A stretch of 32,000 bases of DNA from Candidatus Sericytochromatia bacterium (GCA_036676455.1 JAKFCW010000137.1:13783-45782); one strand, 5' to 3'. Shown: positions 1-8,855, counted from the stretch's first letter. Numbers and translations are program-made. Notes: generated by a model not told the origin, from the sequence alone.

Positions 1-758
1 CCAACACGCTCACCGCTCCCTACAACGACAAGGCGGCGCTCGACGCGCTCTTCGCCGAGCACGGCGATCAGATCGCGGGCGTGATCATTGAGCCGGTGGT
101 CGGCAACGCCGGCGTGCTGGTCCCGCAACCGGGCTTCCTCGAGCACCTGCGCGAGCTGACCCAGCGTCACGGCGCGCTCTTGATCTTCGACGAGGTCATG
201 ACCGGCTTCCGGGTGGCCTGGGGCGGCGCACAGCGGCGCTTCGGCATCCAGCCCGACCTCACCTGCCTGGCCAAGGCGATCGGGGGCGGCATGCCCATCG
301 GCGCCTACGGCGGCCGCCGCGACATCATGGAGATGGTCGCCCCTGCGGGCCCCATGTACCAGGCCGGCACCATGTCGGGTAACCCCGTCGCCGTCGCCGC
401 GGGCCTCGCCACCCTCGCGGAGCTGGCCAAGCCCGGCGTCTACGCCAAGCTCGAGGACACGACCCAGGCGCTCTGCGTCGGCCTCGCGGAAGCCGCCGGC
501 GAAGCCGGAGTCCCCGTGCAGATCAACCAGCTCGGCGCCATGTTCACGGTCTTCTTCACCGAGACTCCGGTCTCGGACTGGGAGACGGCCAAGCTGGCCG
601 ATACGGCCAAGTTCGGCCGCTACCACCGGCTGATGCGCGAAGCGGGTATCTACCTGCCTCCGTCGCAGTTCGAGGCCAACTTCGTCTCCTTGGCCCACGG
701 CTCCGCCGAGGTCTCGGCGACGGTCGCCGCCGCCCGAAAGGCGTTCAAGGCGCTCTAG
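1..758 (+). CDS. hemL: Glutamate-1-semialdehyde 2,1-aminomutase, C-terminal part (5' end upstream of window)
   Basis: The frame is open from nt 3 ([26 protein letters not shown]...) and runs into ORF 81..758. It carries class-III aminotransferase/HemL-type motifs: [42 protein letters not shown] (PLP-lysine context) and [10 protein letters not shown]. Confidence 0.9.
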   Translation, partial: NTLTAPYNDKAALDALFAEHGDQIAGVIIEPVVGNAGVLVPQPGFLEHLRELTQRHGALLIFDEVMTGFRVAWGGAQRRFGIQPDLTCLAKAIGGGMPIGAYGGRRDIMEMVAPAGPMYQAGTMSGNPVAVAAGLATLAELAKPGVYAKLEDTTQALCVGLAEAAGEAGVPVQINQLGAMFTVFFTETPVSDWETAKLADTAKFGRYHRLMREAGIYLPPSQFEANFVSLAHGSAEVSATVAAARKAFKAL

Positions 759-759
759 C

Positions 760-1539
760 ATGCGTCGCCTCTGGCCGCTGGGCCTGGCTCTCACCCTCCT
801 GGCGGGATGTGCGGATGCTCCGACCATCCCCCAGGTGAACCCCCTCCCAGAGGGACGGCTGAGCTCGGACTACGGTGTGCGCTCGGTCGATCCCGTGACG
901 GGCGAAGCCAATCCTGGCGGCCATCATGACGGCTACGACCTGGCGGCGGCCATGGGCACTCCGATCCGCGCCTCCAAGGCCGGCAAGGTTACCTTTGCCG
1001 GCCGCAAGGGCGGCTACGGAAACGCCGTCATGCTCTCGCATGCCGGCGGCTGGTCGACGCTTTACGGCCATGCCAGCCGCCTGGCGGTATCGGTCGGCCA
1101 GGAGGTCGCTGCCGGCCAGGTGGTGGCCTACGTGGGCAGCACCGGTCATTCGACCGGGCCTCACCTTCACTACGAGCTGCGCCGAAACGGCATGCCCGTC
1201 GATCCGGGCCTCTTCACGGCCTCGGCGCCTGCGCAGTCCCGGCCACGCAAGGCAGAGGCCCTGCGTTCCAAGCCGACCCCGCCGCCGTTGCCGCCTCAGG
1301 AAACACGTCTTTCCGACCCGGCGTCCGAGGCGGAGGACGTCGCGGGGCTTCCCGCGGATGCGCCGCCGTTGCGCTACCCCGAGGATCCGGACATGCGCTC
1401 GGCCATGCTGGCCCTTGACGGCGCCCCGTTGAGCCCCGAACCCGCCACCCCACCGACCCTCTGGCAGCGGATCCAGCGCTGGGTCGCTGGTTTCATCCAG
1501 CAGGTCGCCGCCCTCTTCTCCATGCGGCGGTCCACTTAG
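760..1539 (+). CDS. M23 family (LytM-type) metallopeptidase lipoprotein with a Pro-rich C-terminal tail
   Basis: The signal peptide has a lipobox (LTLLAG|C). M23 motifs are HHDGYDL (HxxxD) and GSTGHSTGPHLHYEL (HxH). The ATG lies 1 nt after the hemL stop (TAGcATG). The C-terminal ~110 aa are Pro/Ala/Glu-rich and end in an amphipathic stretch, LWQRIQRWVAGFIQQVAALF. Confidence 0.85.
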   Translation: MRRLWPLGLALTLLAGCADAPTIPQVNPLPEGRLSSDYGVRSVDPVTGEANPGGHHDGYDLAAAMGTPIRASKAGKVTFAGRKGGYGNAVMLSHAGGWSTLYGHASRLAVSVGQEVAAGQVVAYVGSTGHSTGPHLHYELRRNGMPVDPGLFTASAPAQSRPRKAEALRSKPTPPPLPPQETRLSDPASEAEDVAGLPADAPPLRYPEDPDMRSAMLALDGAPLSPEPATPPTLWQRIQRWVAGFIQQVAALFSMRRST

Positions 1540-1564
1540 CCAAAACCCGGCTGCTTTACAAACC

Positions 1565-1593
1565 TTGACCGTCCTCCGTCGGGGTCGTAATGT
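1565..1593 (+). promoter_or_regulatory. Sigma70-like promoter: TTGACC (1565-1570), 17-nt spacer, TAATGT (1588-1593)
   Basis: Hexamers and spacing were read directly from the sequence. The -10 element ends 7 nt before the A of ATG 1600, which implies a leaderless or near-leaderless transcript. The only GAGG (1595-1598) is too close to the ATG to act as an SD. Confidence 0.45.
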
Positions 1594-1599
1594 CGAGGC

Positions 1600-1833
1600 A
1601 TGACGAAGGCCGCAGGACCATGGGAACCGGAACCTCCGCAAGGGCCTCGCGATCCTGATCCCTTGCCGTGGATCGGGATCGCCATCGCTGCGCTCGGCTT
1701 GCTGAGCTACCCATGGGTCTCGCCCTTCACTCAGGGATGCGATCTCTTCGGTATCCCGGTGATCCTGTGGTACCTCTTCGGGGTCTGGGGCTTGCTCATC
1801 GTGCTGGGCGCGCTGAGCCGGACGGATCGCTAG
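1600..1833 (+). CDS. Small two-TM membrane protein (DUF3311/CbrX-like accessory mini-protein of an SSS-type domain)
   Basis: The 77-aa product has a Pro-rich N-terminus followed by two hydrophobic helices (WIGIAIAALGLLSY and IPVILWYLFGVWGLLIVLGAL). Its stop TAG (1831-1833) is 1 nt from the ATG of the downstream sensor kinase (tagcATG), which suggests translational coupling. Codon third positions are GC-biased, as in neighbouring genes. Confidence 0.6.
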   Translation: MTKAAGPWEPEPPQGPRDPDPLPWIGIAIAALGLLSYPWVSPFTQGCDLFGIPVILWYLFGVWGLLIVLGALSRTDR

Positions 1834-1834
1834 C

Positions 1835-4800
1835 ATGGGGGCCTCCTTGCTCGTCATCGGCTTGGGCGTCGCTTATCTGCTCGTGCTCCTCGCGGTGGCC
1901 CTCTTCGCCGAGCGGAGCCGTGAGAGGGGCGCGCCCTGGCTTCAACATCCGCTCGTTTATACCTTGGCGCTGGGTGTTCACTTCACGGGCTGGGGCTACT
2001 TCTCGAGTGGTGCGTCGCTCTTCACTCAGGGGCTCGGCGATCTCTTTCTCTCGATCGGGGCGACGCTGGCGTTCTTGGTGGGCTGGCCGGTCATCCTCAG
2101 GATCATTCGCCTCTGCAAGGAGCAGCGCATCACCACCTTGCCCGAGGTGCTGACCATCCGCTACGGCCCCTCGCGCACCTTGAGGGTCCTGGCGACCTTG
2201 CTGCTGGTCGGGGGATCCTTGTATTACCTCGCCCTTCAGTTCGCGGTCGTCAACCAGGCGGGAAGCCTCGTGATCCTGGGATCCAACGCACCCACTCCCC
2301 CCGCGACGGGAATGGGAGGCCTGCTATTGGCCCTGGGGGCCGCAGGCTTCTCGATCGTTTTCGGTGTGCGCCGGGTGGATGCCGCGGAGCGCCATGAAGG
2401 GATCGTCGTCGCGCTCGCCCTGGACAGCCTCGTCAAGTTGCTGGCCCTCGGTTCGGTGGCCCTCTTCGTGGTCTTGAGGTTTCCCGAGCTCTTTCGCTCT
2501 GGCCCGGCATGGCCCACCCTGGAAGTCGGCGCTCCTGCCAATCCCTATCCGGTGAGCCTGGCCTTCCTCATGATAGGCCTGGCCTCCGCCATCCTGCTGC
2601 CGCGCATGTTTCACGTCACGGTGGTGGAGAACGTCAGCCGCAAGCAACTGCTCTTCGCCCGCTGGGGCTTCCCACTGTTCATCGCTCTGCTCACCGGCTT
2701 TGCGGCGCTGATCGCATGGGCCGGCGTGCGTCTCGGCCTTTCCGCGGCGGCCCTGGAGGGAGCTCCGATCCGGGTTCCCGAGCTCGCGGGCATGCCGGCG
2801 TTGGCCCTGGTCAGCTACATCGGCGGGATCTCGGCCGCGGCCTCCATGCTGATCGTGACCCTGGTCGCGCTCTCGAACCTCATCGCGACCAACCTGGTGC
2901 TGCCTCCGTTGTCCGCGATGGGATCGCGGATCGGACCCTGGCTGCGCCCGATTCGCTGGGCGATCATCCTGCTACTCGCCTTGCTGGCCTGGGGGGTCTG
3001 GATCGTCACCCGGCTGGATTACCTCAACCAATACGGCCTCCTGGCCATGATCGCCACGGCGCAGGTAGCTCCGGCGGTCTACCTGGGGCTGCTCTGGCCC
3101 CGCCTCAGAGGAGGGCCGGTCACCTGGGGCATTGCCCTCTCGCTGGTGGCCTGGCTCTACACGGGCCTGCTCCCGGCGTTCGCCGACGCGCTCCCAGGTG
3201 GCGCTTCCCTGCTGAGCACGGGGCCCTGGGGCATCGGCTTCCTGCGTCCCACGGCCATGTTCGGGCTGGTGGGGTGGGACCCGTACGCTCACTGCTTCTT
3301 CTGGAGCCAACTGGTGAACCTGGCGGCCGTCTTCTTGCTTTCGCTGCGCATGCCGGATGACGCCGTCGAGGAGGCTCGGGTCCGGGCCCTGCTGGAGGGC
3401 GGAAACGAGCCGATTCCCGTGCAGCAGCAACTCGCCTCGCGCATGGAGCCCAACGACGTCCAGGAGTTCCTGGGTGCCTTCCTGGGAGAGGAGCGGGCCG
3501 AGGCCGAGGCGGGCAGCATCCGTGCGCGCATGGAGGCCCTCGAGCTACCGGGCGAGTCCAAGCGGCTCATGGTTCGCAATGCCGTCGAGCGCATCCTGAG
3601 AGGGCCGCTGGGGCATGACGGGGCGGCGCGGGTCGTGCAGCAACGCTTTCCGGTCACCGAGCAGCTCCTCCCGGACGTCATGGAGGCGTTCCAGGAACTC
3701 GAGGAGACGCTGCAGGCCAGCGAGGAGAACCTCGCACGCCGGGTCCGCGAGCTCTCCTTTCTCAACGAGGCGGCCGAGATCCTGGTGACCGAGACGGATG
3801 CCGAGTCCCTGACCAATGCCGTCTGCCGGCTCATCCGCGAGGAGTTCCACCTCGATCACGTGGCGCTGTTCCTTCTCGAGAAGGACGGGCTGCGGGTCGC
3901 CTCCGACGATTGTTCGCAACTGCCGTCGTTCACGCTACAGGCCCCGCGGGGCTCGGTCCTCTCCGAGGTGCTACAGAGCCGGGAGAGCCGCCTCCTGCGC
4001 GCGGGCGATCCGGATGCCGAGCACGAACCGCTGATCGCGCGTGCGCGGTGTCGGGAAGTGGCGTACATCCCCATCGCCTTCGAGCGCGATCTGCTCGGCG
4101 TCCTGGCCATCGGGGCCGGGGCCGGGACCGTGCACCTCTCGGATGCGTTCTTGCGGGTGCTGGGCGTGCTATGCAGCGAGCTGGCGATCGCCCTCTCCAA
4201 CGCCTCCTTGCGCGCGGACCTCGAGGAAAGGGTGATCCGCCGGACCGAAGAGCTGGCGCGCGAGCGCGATCGGCTGGCCCAGGCCAACGAGAAGCTCTCC
4301 AAGGCCATCGAGGACCTGCGCAACCTCGACCGGGTCAAGGGAACCTTCCTCAACGCCGTCTCGCACGACCTGCGCATCCCACTGACCGGCATCCTCGGCT
4401 ACGCGGAGTTTCTCGAGGACGGCATCGGCGGCAAGCTCAGCGAGCAGCAGCTGAACTTCGCGAGCCAGATCACCCACGAGGCCCATCGGATGACCGGCCT
4501 GCTCAACGAGCTGCTGGACTTCGCCCGCATGGAGGCCGGGAAGTTCAAGATCGAGCCGCGTCCCATCGTGTACTCCGAGCCGGTGACCAGCGCCGTCAAC
4601 ACCTTCCGCCCCGCCATGGCGAAGAAGCGGCTGGAGGTCGTGGTCGACCTGCCGCCGGACCTGCCCCTGGTGCATGCGGATCCCGAGCGGGTGATCCAGA
4701 TCGTGAGCAACCTCTTGTCCAATGCCGTGAAGTTCACGCCCGAGGGCGGGCGCATCATCGTGCGCGCCTATCCCGAGGGGGAGCGGGTCCTCACGGAGGT

Positions 4801-5011
4801 CTCGGACACGGGAATCGGCATCACGCCTGAGGAGTTGCCCCACATGTTCGAGCGCTTCTACCAGACCGAGGCGGGCAAGGCCATGGGCGGCACGGGGCTG
4901 GGATTGTCGATCACCAAGAGCCTGGTCGAGGCGCATGGCGGCACGATTGAGGTGCAATCGCACCCCGGAGAAGGCACGACGTTTCGCTTCTCGCTGCCGA
5001 AGGCAGTCTGA
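1835..5011 (+). CDS. Hybrid-architecture sensor histidine kinase: N-terminal SSS/SLC5-like multi-TM domain, STAC-like linker, GAF, HisKA and HATPase_c (CbrA-like)
   Basis: About 505 aa of polytopic membrane domain (roughly 12-13 hydrophobic helices) span nt 1835-3349. A soluble helical segment follows at about nt 3455-3652 (PNDVQEFLGAFLGEERAEAEAG...RNAVERILRGP). A GAF-like region runs from LNEAAEILVTETD to AYIPIAFERDLLGVLAIG. The H-box is FLNAVSHDLRIPLTGILGY, the N-box is NLLSNAVKFTPEGG, G1 is DTGIGI and G2 is GGTGLGLSI. Confidence 0.85.
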   Translation: MGASLLVIGLGVAYLLVLLAVALFAERSRERGAPWLQHPLVYTLALGVHFTGWGYFSSGASLFTQGLGDLFLSIGATLAFLVGWPVILRIIRLCKEQRITTLPEVLTIRYGPSRTLRVLATLLLVGGSLYYLALQFAVVNQAGSLVILGSNAPTPPATGMGGLLLALGAAGFSIVFGVRRVDAAERHEGIVVALALDSLVKLLALGSVALFVVLRFPELFRSGPAWPTLEVGAPANPYPVSLAFLMIGLASAILLPRMFHVTVVENVSRKQLLFARWGFPLFIALLTGFAALIAWAGVRLGLSAAALEGAPIRVPELAGMPALALVSYIGGISAAASMLIVTLVALSNLIATNLVLPPLSAMGSRIGPWLRPIRWAIILLLALLAWGVWIVTRLDYLNQYGLLAMIATAQVAPAVYLGLLWPRLRGGPVTWGIALSLVAWLYTGLLPAFADALPGGASLLSTGPWGIGFLRPTAMFGLVGWDPYAHCFFWSQLVNLAAVFLLSLRMPDDAVEEARVRALLEGGNEPIPVQQQLASRMEPNDVQEFLGAFLGEERAEAEAGSIRARMEALELPGESKRLMVRNAVERILRGPLGHDGAARVVQQRFPVTEQLLPDVMEAFQELEETLQASEENLARRVRELSFLNEAAEILVTETDAESLTNAVCRLIREEFHLDHVALFLLEKDGLRVASDDCSQLPSFTLQAPRGSVLSEVLQSRESRLLRAGDPDAEHEPLIARARCREVAYIPIAFERDLLGVLAIGAGAGTVHLSDAFLRVLGVLCSELAIALSNASLRADLEERVIRRTEELARERDRLAQANEKLSKAIEDLRNLDRVKGTFLNAVSHDLRIPLTGILGYAEFLEDGIGGKLSEQQLNFASQITHEAHRMTGLLNELLDFARMEAGKFKIEPRPIVYSEPVTSAVNTFRPAMAKKRLEVVVDLPPDLPLVHADPERVIQIVSNLLSNAVKFTPEGGRIIVRAYPEGERVLTEVSDTGIGITPEELPHMFERFYQTEAGKAMGGTGLGLSITKSLVEAHGGTIEVQSHPGEGTTFRFSLPKAV

Positions 5012-5037
5012 AGCAGCCGCGGGGACTGCCGGAGGGC

Positions 5038-6306
5038 TCACATCCAGTGGTCGAGCGCCTCGAGCAGGGGCACGAGCCACTGCCGCTCTCGCGGCACCGC
5101 GAAGGCGTCCGGCGTGTCGGCGTGGCGCGAGCGGGTCCAGAGGCGCTCGAAGACGCTGGTTCGCAGCGCGACGGCGGTCTGGGGGCGGTAGAAGAAGAGG
5201 TTGAGCTCGAGGTTCTCCTTGAGGGAGCGGGTGTCCCCGTTGGCGGATCCGAGGCTGGTCCAGGCGTCGTCGGCGGCCAGGTATTTGACGTGCAGGAAGC
5301 GTTCGTCGTAGGTGGCGATCCGGGCGCCGGCCTCGGAGAGGGTGCGGGCGTCGTTGAGGTTGAGGAGATGGAAGACGTCGTAGCTCTTCCAGTCGGGCAG
5401 GAGGATGCGGACGCTGACGCCGCGCTTGCAGGCCCGCATCAGGGCCTCGATCAGGGCGTCGTCCCAGAGGTAGGGGAAGGCCACGTCGAGTGAGTGCTTG
5501 GCCCCGTTGATGGCGCTCAGGTAGGCCCGGCGAATCTCGTTGCCCCGCGGAGAGCCGGGGGCGGTGAGGGAGACCTGGATGGGCTCTTCGCCCCAGGGAA
5601 CGCCCAGCGTGGTCAATGAGGCGGTCTGGACGTCCTGCCCGGGGCGATCGCCGCCGGGTTCCTTCCAGCGGGCCTGCAGGTCGCCGCCCCACGAGGAGGC
5701 GAACGTGTGGGTGATCTGGTAGGCGGCAGACCCCCAGACCTCGATCATGACGTCCTCGTAGTGGTAGCGGTAGTCGTCGCCGATGTTGACCCCGCCGGTG
5801 AGGACCCGGTAACCGTCGGCGATGAAGAGCTTTCGGTGGGTGACGTTGAAGCCGAAGGGGCTCAGGTACCAGGGGTTATTGATCTGGACGGTCACCCCGC
5901 CGTCCTTGAGGCGATTGAGGATGCGGTAATCGGTCCGGCCGTACTCGATGCCCAGCGAATCGAGGCGGACCCGGACGTCGACGCCCGCGCGGCGGCGCTG
6001 GATGAGGGCCTCGGTCACCTCGCGACCCGTCGGATCGTCGCGGAAGATGAACATCTCGACGTAGAGGGAGTGCTGCGCGTCGGAAATCAGGCGGAAGATG
6101 GCGTCATGCGCCGCCTCGCCGCCCTGGTGTAGGCGCACGAAGTTGTTGGTGGTGACCGGCAGCCGGCTCGAAGCCGCCAGCACCCGCCCCATGTCGGCAC
6201 CGACCACGGGACGATCGTCGTCCCAGGCGATGGGGGCGAGCAGCGGGGTACATGCCGTGGTCAAGATGAGGGCGATGATGGCGCCCAGCCAGGCGGGATG
6301 GGGCAT
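5038..6306 (-). CDS. Phospholipase D / cardiolipin-synthase-family protein with two HKD motifs and an N-terminal export signal
   Basis: HKD-1 is THRKLFIADGYRVLTGGVNIGDD and HKD-2 is LHVKYLAADDAWTSLGSANGD. The N-terminus MPHPAWLGAIIALILTTAC looks like a signal or lipoprotein-like peptide rather than the twin TM helices of ClsA. Confidence 0.8.
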   Translation of the reverse strand: MPHPAWLGAIIALILTTACTPLLAPIAWDDDRPVVGADMGRVLAASSRLPVTTNNFVRLHQGGEAAHDAIFRLISDAQHSLYVEMFIFRDDPTGREVTEALIQRRRAGVDVRVRLDSLGIEYGRTDYRILNRLKDGGVTVQINNPWYLSPFGFNVTHRKLFIADGYRVLTGGVNIGDDYRYHYEDVMIEVWGSAAYQITHTFASSWGGDLQARWKEPGGDRPGQDVQTASLTTLGVPWGEEPIQVSLTAPGSPRGNEIRRAYLSAINGAKHSLDVAFPYLWDDALIEALMRACKRGVSVRILLPDWKSYDVFHLLNLNDARTLSEAGARIATYDERFLHVKYLAADDAWTSLGSANGDTRSLKENLELNLFFYRPQTAVALRTSVFERLWTRSRHADTPDAFAVPRERQWLVPLLEALDHWM

Positions 6307-6400
6307 GGCGTGTTCCTTGAAGCGATGCCAGGCGGCACCTCATGCTAGACCAGGATAACGCCTGTTTGTTTCATGTGATTTGCAGGAGAAGGCTGGCGGA

Positions 6401-7660
6401 TTAGAACAAGAGCTTCTTGCGGCGCATGCTGATGGCCTGCAGGAGGCCGATGGCGGCCAGGTTGGTCATCAAGGCGGAGCCGCCGTAGCTCATCATGGGC
6501 AGCGGGATGCCGACGACCGGCATGAGGCCCATGGCCATGCAGAGGTTGACGAACATGTGGAACAAGAGCATCGAGGCGACGCCCGAGGCCAGCAGCGAGC
6601 CGAAGCGATCCTTGGCATTGTTGGCGATGAGGATGGCCCGGATGATCACCGTCAGGTAAAGGGCGAGCATCACCAGGCCTCCGATCAGGCCCAGTTCCTC
6701 GCCGACGACCGAGAAGACGAAGTCGGTGTGCTGCTCGGGGATGAAGTGCAGCTGGGTCTGGGTGCCCTCGAGCAGGCCCTTGCCGAAGATGCCGCCCGAG
6801 CCGATGGCGATCTTGGACTGGATGACGTGGTAGCCGGTGCCCAGGGGATCCGCCTCGGGGCTGACGAAGGTGCGGATGCGGTTCTTCTGGTACTCCTTGA
6901 GGATGCCCCAGGCGATGGGGACGGCGAGGCCGGCGCCGAGGTTGGCGAGCCAGACGCCGGCGGGCACCAGCCAGTGCTGCTTGCGGGTCTTCCAGAGCCA
7001 GGTGCCGAGGCCCAGCAGGTAGACCCCCCAGAGGATCATGCTGGCGCGATGGAAGGCGGGAGCGTCGAAGAGCACCTGCGGCATGCAGAGGATCAGGGCG
7101 ACGACCGGAGAGACCATCTTGAAGAGGGTGGCGATCGGCAAGCCGGCCCAGAAGAGCATGCCGAGCGTGATGGCGACGAAGACCAGGGACGTGCCGAGGT
7201 CGGGCTGGGCGAAGATCAAGAGGAAAGGAACCCCCACGGTGAGCATGGGGATCATGAAGCCTTCGGGAGAATGTACGCTGCGCTGGGACAGCACGCGCGC
7301 GAGGATCACGATCAGACCCAGCTTCGCGTATTCGGAGGGCTGGATCTTGATCGGTCCGATGGACAGCCAGCGCTGGGCTCCCAGCGCGGAGTGTCCGGTG
7401 ACGTCGACGGCGACGAGAAGCGCGACCATGATCCCGTAGAGGATCCAGGCGGAGCGGCCTTCCATCCAGTTGTAACCCCAGAGCACGAAGAACGTGAAGG
7501 GGATCATGGCCATCGGGAGGTTGATGGCCAGTTGCTGGAAGGCCGCCCGGGGGTTCGCCGAGTAGATGGCGACCACCCCGAAGGCGATCACTCCGAGAAC
7601 GCCCAGCATGAGCCAGACGTCGAAGTGTCGCCAGGATCGGCCGAGGTTCGGGAGGAGCAT
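6401..7660 (-). CDS. rodA: SEDS-family peptidoglycan glycosyltransferase, rod-shape protein RodA
   Basis: This is a polytopic membrane protein with FtsW/RodA/SpoVE motifs (PSEYAKL, QPDLGTSLV, IPEQHTDFVFSVVGEELG, PLPMMSYGGSA). I call it RodA rather than FtsW because it sits in the mreBCD-mrdA cluster. Confidence 0.85.
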   Translation of the reverse strand: MLLPNLGRSWRHFDVWLMLGVLGVIAFGVVAIYSANPRAAFQQLAINLPMAMIPFTFFVLWGYNWMEGRSAWILYGIMVALLVAVDVTGHSALGAQRWLSIGPIKIQPSEYAKLGLIVILARVLSQRSVHSPEGFMIPMLTVGVPFLLIFAQPDLGTSLVFVAITLGMLFWAGLPIATLFKMVSPVVALILCMPQVLFDAPAFHRASMILWGVYLLGLGTWLWKTRKQHWLVPAGVWLANLGAGLAVPIAWGILKEYQKNRIRTFVSPEADPLGTGYHVIQSKIAIGSGGIFGKGLLEGTQTQLHFIPEQHTDFVFSVVGEELGLIGGLVMLALYLTVIIRAILIANNAKDRFGSLLASGVASMLLFHMFVNLCMAMGLMPVVGIPLPMMSYGGSALMTNLAAIGLLQAISMRRKKLLF

Positions 7661-7682
7661 GGGCGCTTTTACCGCTAATGCT

Positions 7683-7997
7683 TTACTTAGCCGCGGCGCC
7701 GGCTTCCGCCTCGACGGCGGGGGCCTCGACCTTTTCGGGGCGGACGCGGCGGATGGGGATGTTGGCCATCAGGGCGACGGTGTCGTCGGCCCGATCGAGG
7801 CTGACTTCCAGGGCGGCCTCGTCGATCTCGACGTACTTCGAGAGGACGGTCAGCAGCTCCTTGCGCATCTCTTCCATCATCGGGGCCGGGATGTCGGCGC
7901 GATCGTGCATCAGGACGAGGCGAAGGCGGTCCTTGGCGACGGACTTGGCGGAGGTGTCGGACTTGCCGAGCAGCTTCTCGAGGAATGACGGGAACAC
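7683..7997 (-). CDS. minE: Cell division topological specificity factor MinE (104 aa)
   Basis: I re-started the gene at GTG 7997, which is preceded by GGAAGGAGA with a 7-nt spacing. The N-terminal FPSFLEKLLGK is membrane-targeting-like, and KDRLRLVLMHDR is a MinE signature. The longer track ORF (to 8462) runs out of frame through minD. Confidence 0.85.
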   Translation of the reverse strand: MFPSFLEKLLGKSDTSAKSVAKDRLRLVLMHDRADIPAPMMEEMRKELLTVLSKYVEIDEAALEVSLDRADDTVALMANIPIRRVRPEKVEAPAVEAEAGAAAK

Positions 7998-8017
7998 GTT
8001 ACTTTCTCCTTCCTGGC

Positions 8018-8827
8018 CTAGCCGGCGACGAAAAACTTCTTGAGCTTGCCGAGGAAGCTGGTCTCTTCCTCGAGGTTCATGAAGGGGACCTCTTCGCCGC
8101 GGAGGCGGCGCGCGATGTTCCGGTAGGCCTGGCCGGCCTTGGAGCCTTCGGTGAGGGAGGCGGGCTCGCCCTTGTTGGTGGAGGTGATGATGCTCTCGTC
8201 GTCGGGGACGATGCCGAGCAGTTTCACGGAGTTGCCGAGGACTTCCTGGACGTCTTCGACGCCGAGCATCTCGTTGTTCTTGACCATCTTGGGGCGCAGG
8301 CGGTTGACGATCAGCAGGGGATCCTGGATGTCCTGGGCTTCGAGCAGGCCGACGATGCGATCGGCGTCGCGGACCGAGGAGACCTCGGGGTTGGTGACGA
8401 CGATGGCCTGGTTGGCGCCGGCGGTGGCGTTCTTGAAGCCCTGCTCGATGCCCGCGGGGCAATCGATCAGGATGAAGGTGTAGCCTTCCTCCTGGAGGTC
8501 GGCGACGAGCTGGATCATCTGCTCGGGGGTGACGGCCGACTTGTCGCGGGTCTGGGCGGCGGGCAGCAGGCCGAGGTTCTGCATGCGCTTGTCCTTGATG
8601 ACCGCCTGGCGGAGCTTGCAGCGGCCTTCGACGACGTCGACGATGTCGTAGACGATGCGGTTCTCGAGGCCGAGGACGAGGTCGAGGTTGCGCAGGCCGA
8701 TATCAGCATCCAAGAGGGCGACCTTCTCCCCCATCGACGCCAGCGCCATGCCCAGGTTCGCGGTGGTGGTGGTCTTGCCGACCCCGCCCTTTCCGGAAGT
8801 GATGACGATTACCTTAGCGGTAGACAT
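8018..8827 (-). CDS. minD: Septum site-determining ATPase MinD (269 aa)
   Basis: I re-started the gene at ATG 8827, which is preceded by AGGAGG. It has the deviant Walker A VITSGKGGVGKTT, a DCPAG motif and a C-terminal amphipathic helix (FLGKLKKFFVAG). Confidence 0.92.
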   Translation of the reverse strand: MSTAKVIVITSGKGGVGKTTTTANLGMALASMGEKVALLDADIGLRNLDLVLGLENRIVYDIVDVVEGRCKLRQAVIKDKRMQNLGLLPAAQTRDKSAVTPEQMIQLVADLQEEGYTFILIDCPAGIEQGFKNATAGANQAIVVTNPEVSSVRDADRIVGLLEAQDIQDPLLIVNRLRPKMVKNNEMLGVEDVQEVLGNSVKLLGIVPDDESIITSTNKGEPASLTEGSKAGQAYRNIARRLRGEEVPFMNLEEETSFLGKLKKFFVAG

Positions 8828-8855
8828 TGCGTTGGTTCCTCCTGTTGGACCGGGT

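Noticed and set aside
4169-5692. A 507-aa minus-strand ORF spanning the kinase 3' end and the PLD gene.
   Set aside because: It is antisense to a kinase domain with clear motifs and out of frame with the HKD-containing PLD reading frame. The product is extremely Arg/Pro/Gly/Leu-rich, which is typical of off-frame translation of GC-rich DNA.
6318-6345. A sigma54-like TGGCAT motif upstream of the PLD gene (minus strand).
   Set aside because: The GG element is present, but no TTGC/-12 GC element occurs at the required 4-5-nt spacing.
6380-7678. A 432-aa plus-strand ORF antisense to rodA, and similar antisense ORFs at 7985..8890, 8655..9668, 9866..10930 and 12621..13904.
   Set aside because: Each is the mirror frame of a gene with unambiguous motifs (RodA, MinD, MinC, PBP2, MreB). 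The products are Asp/Glu/Gly/His/Arg-rich low-complexity strings with no SD and no recognisable domains.
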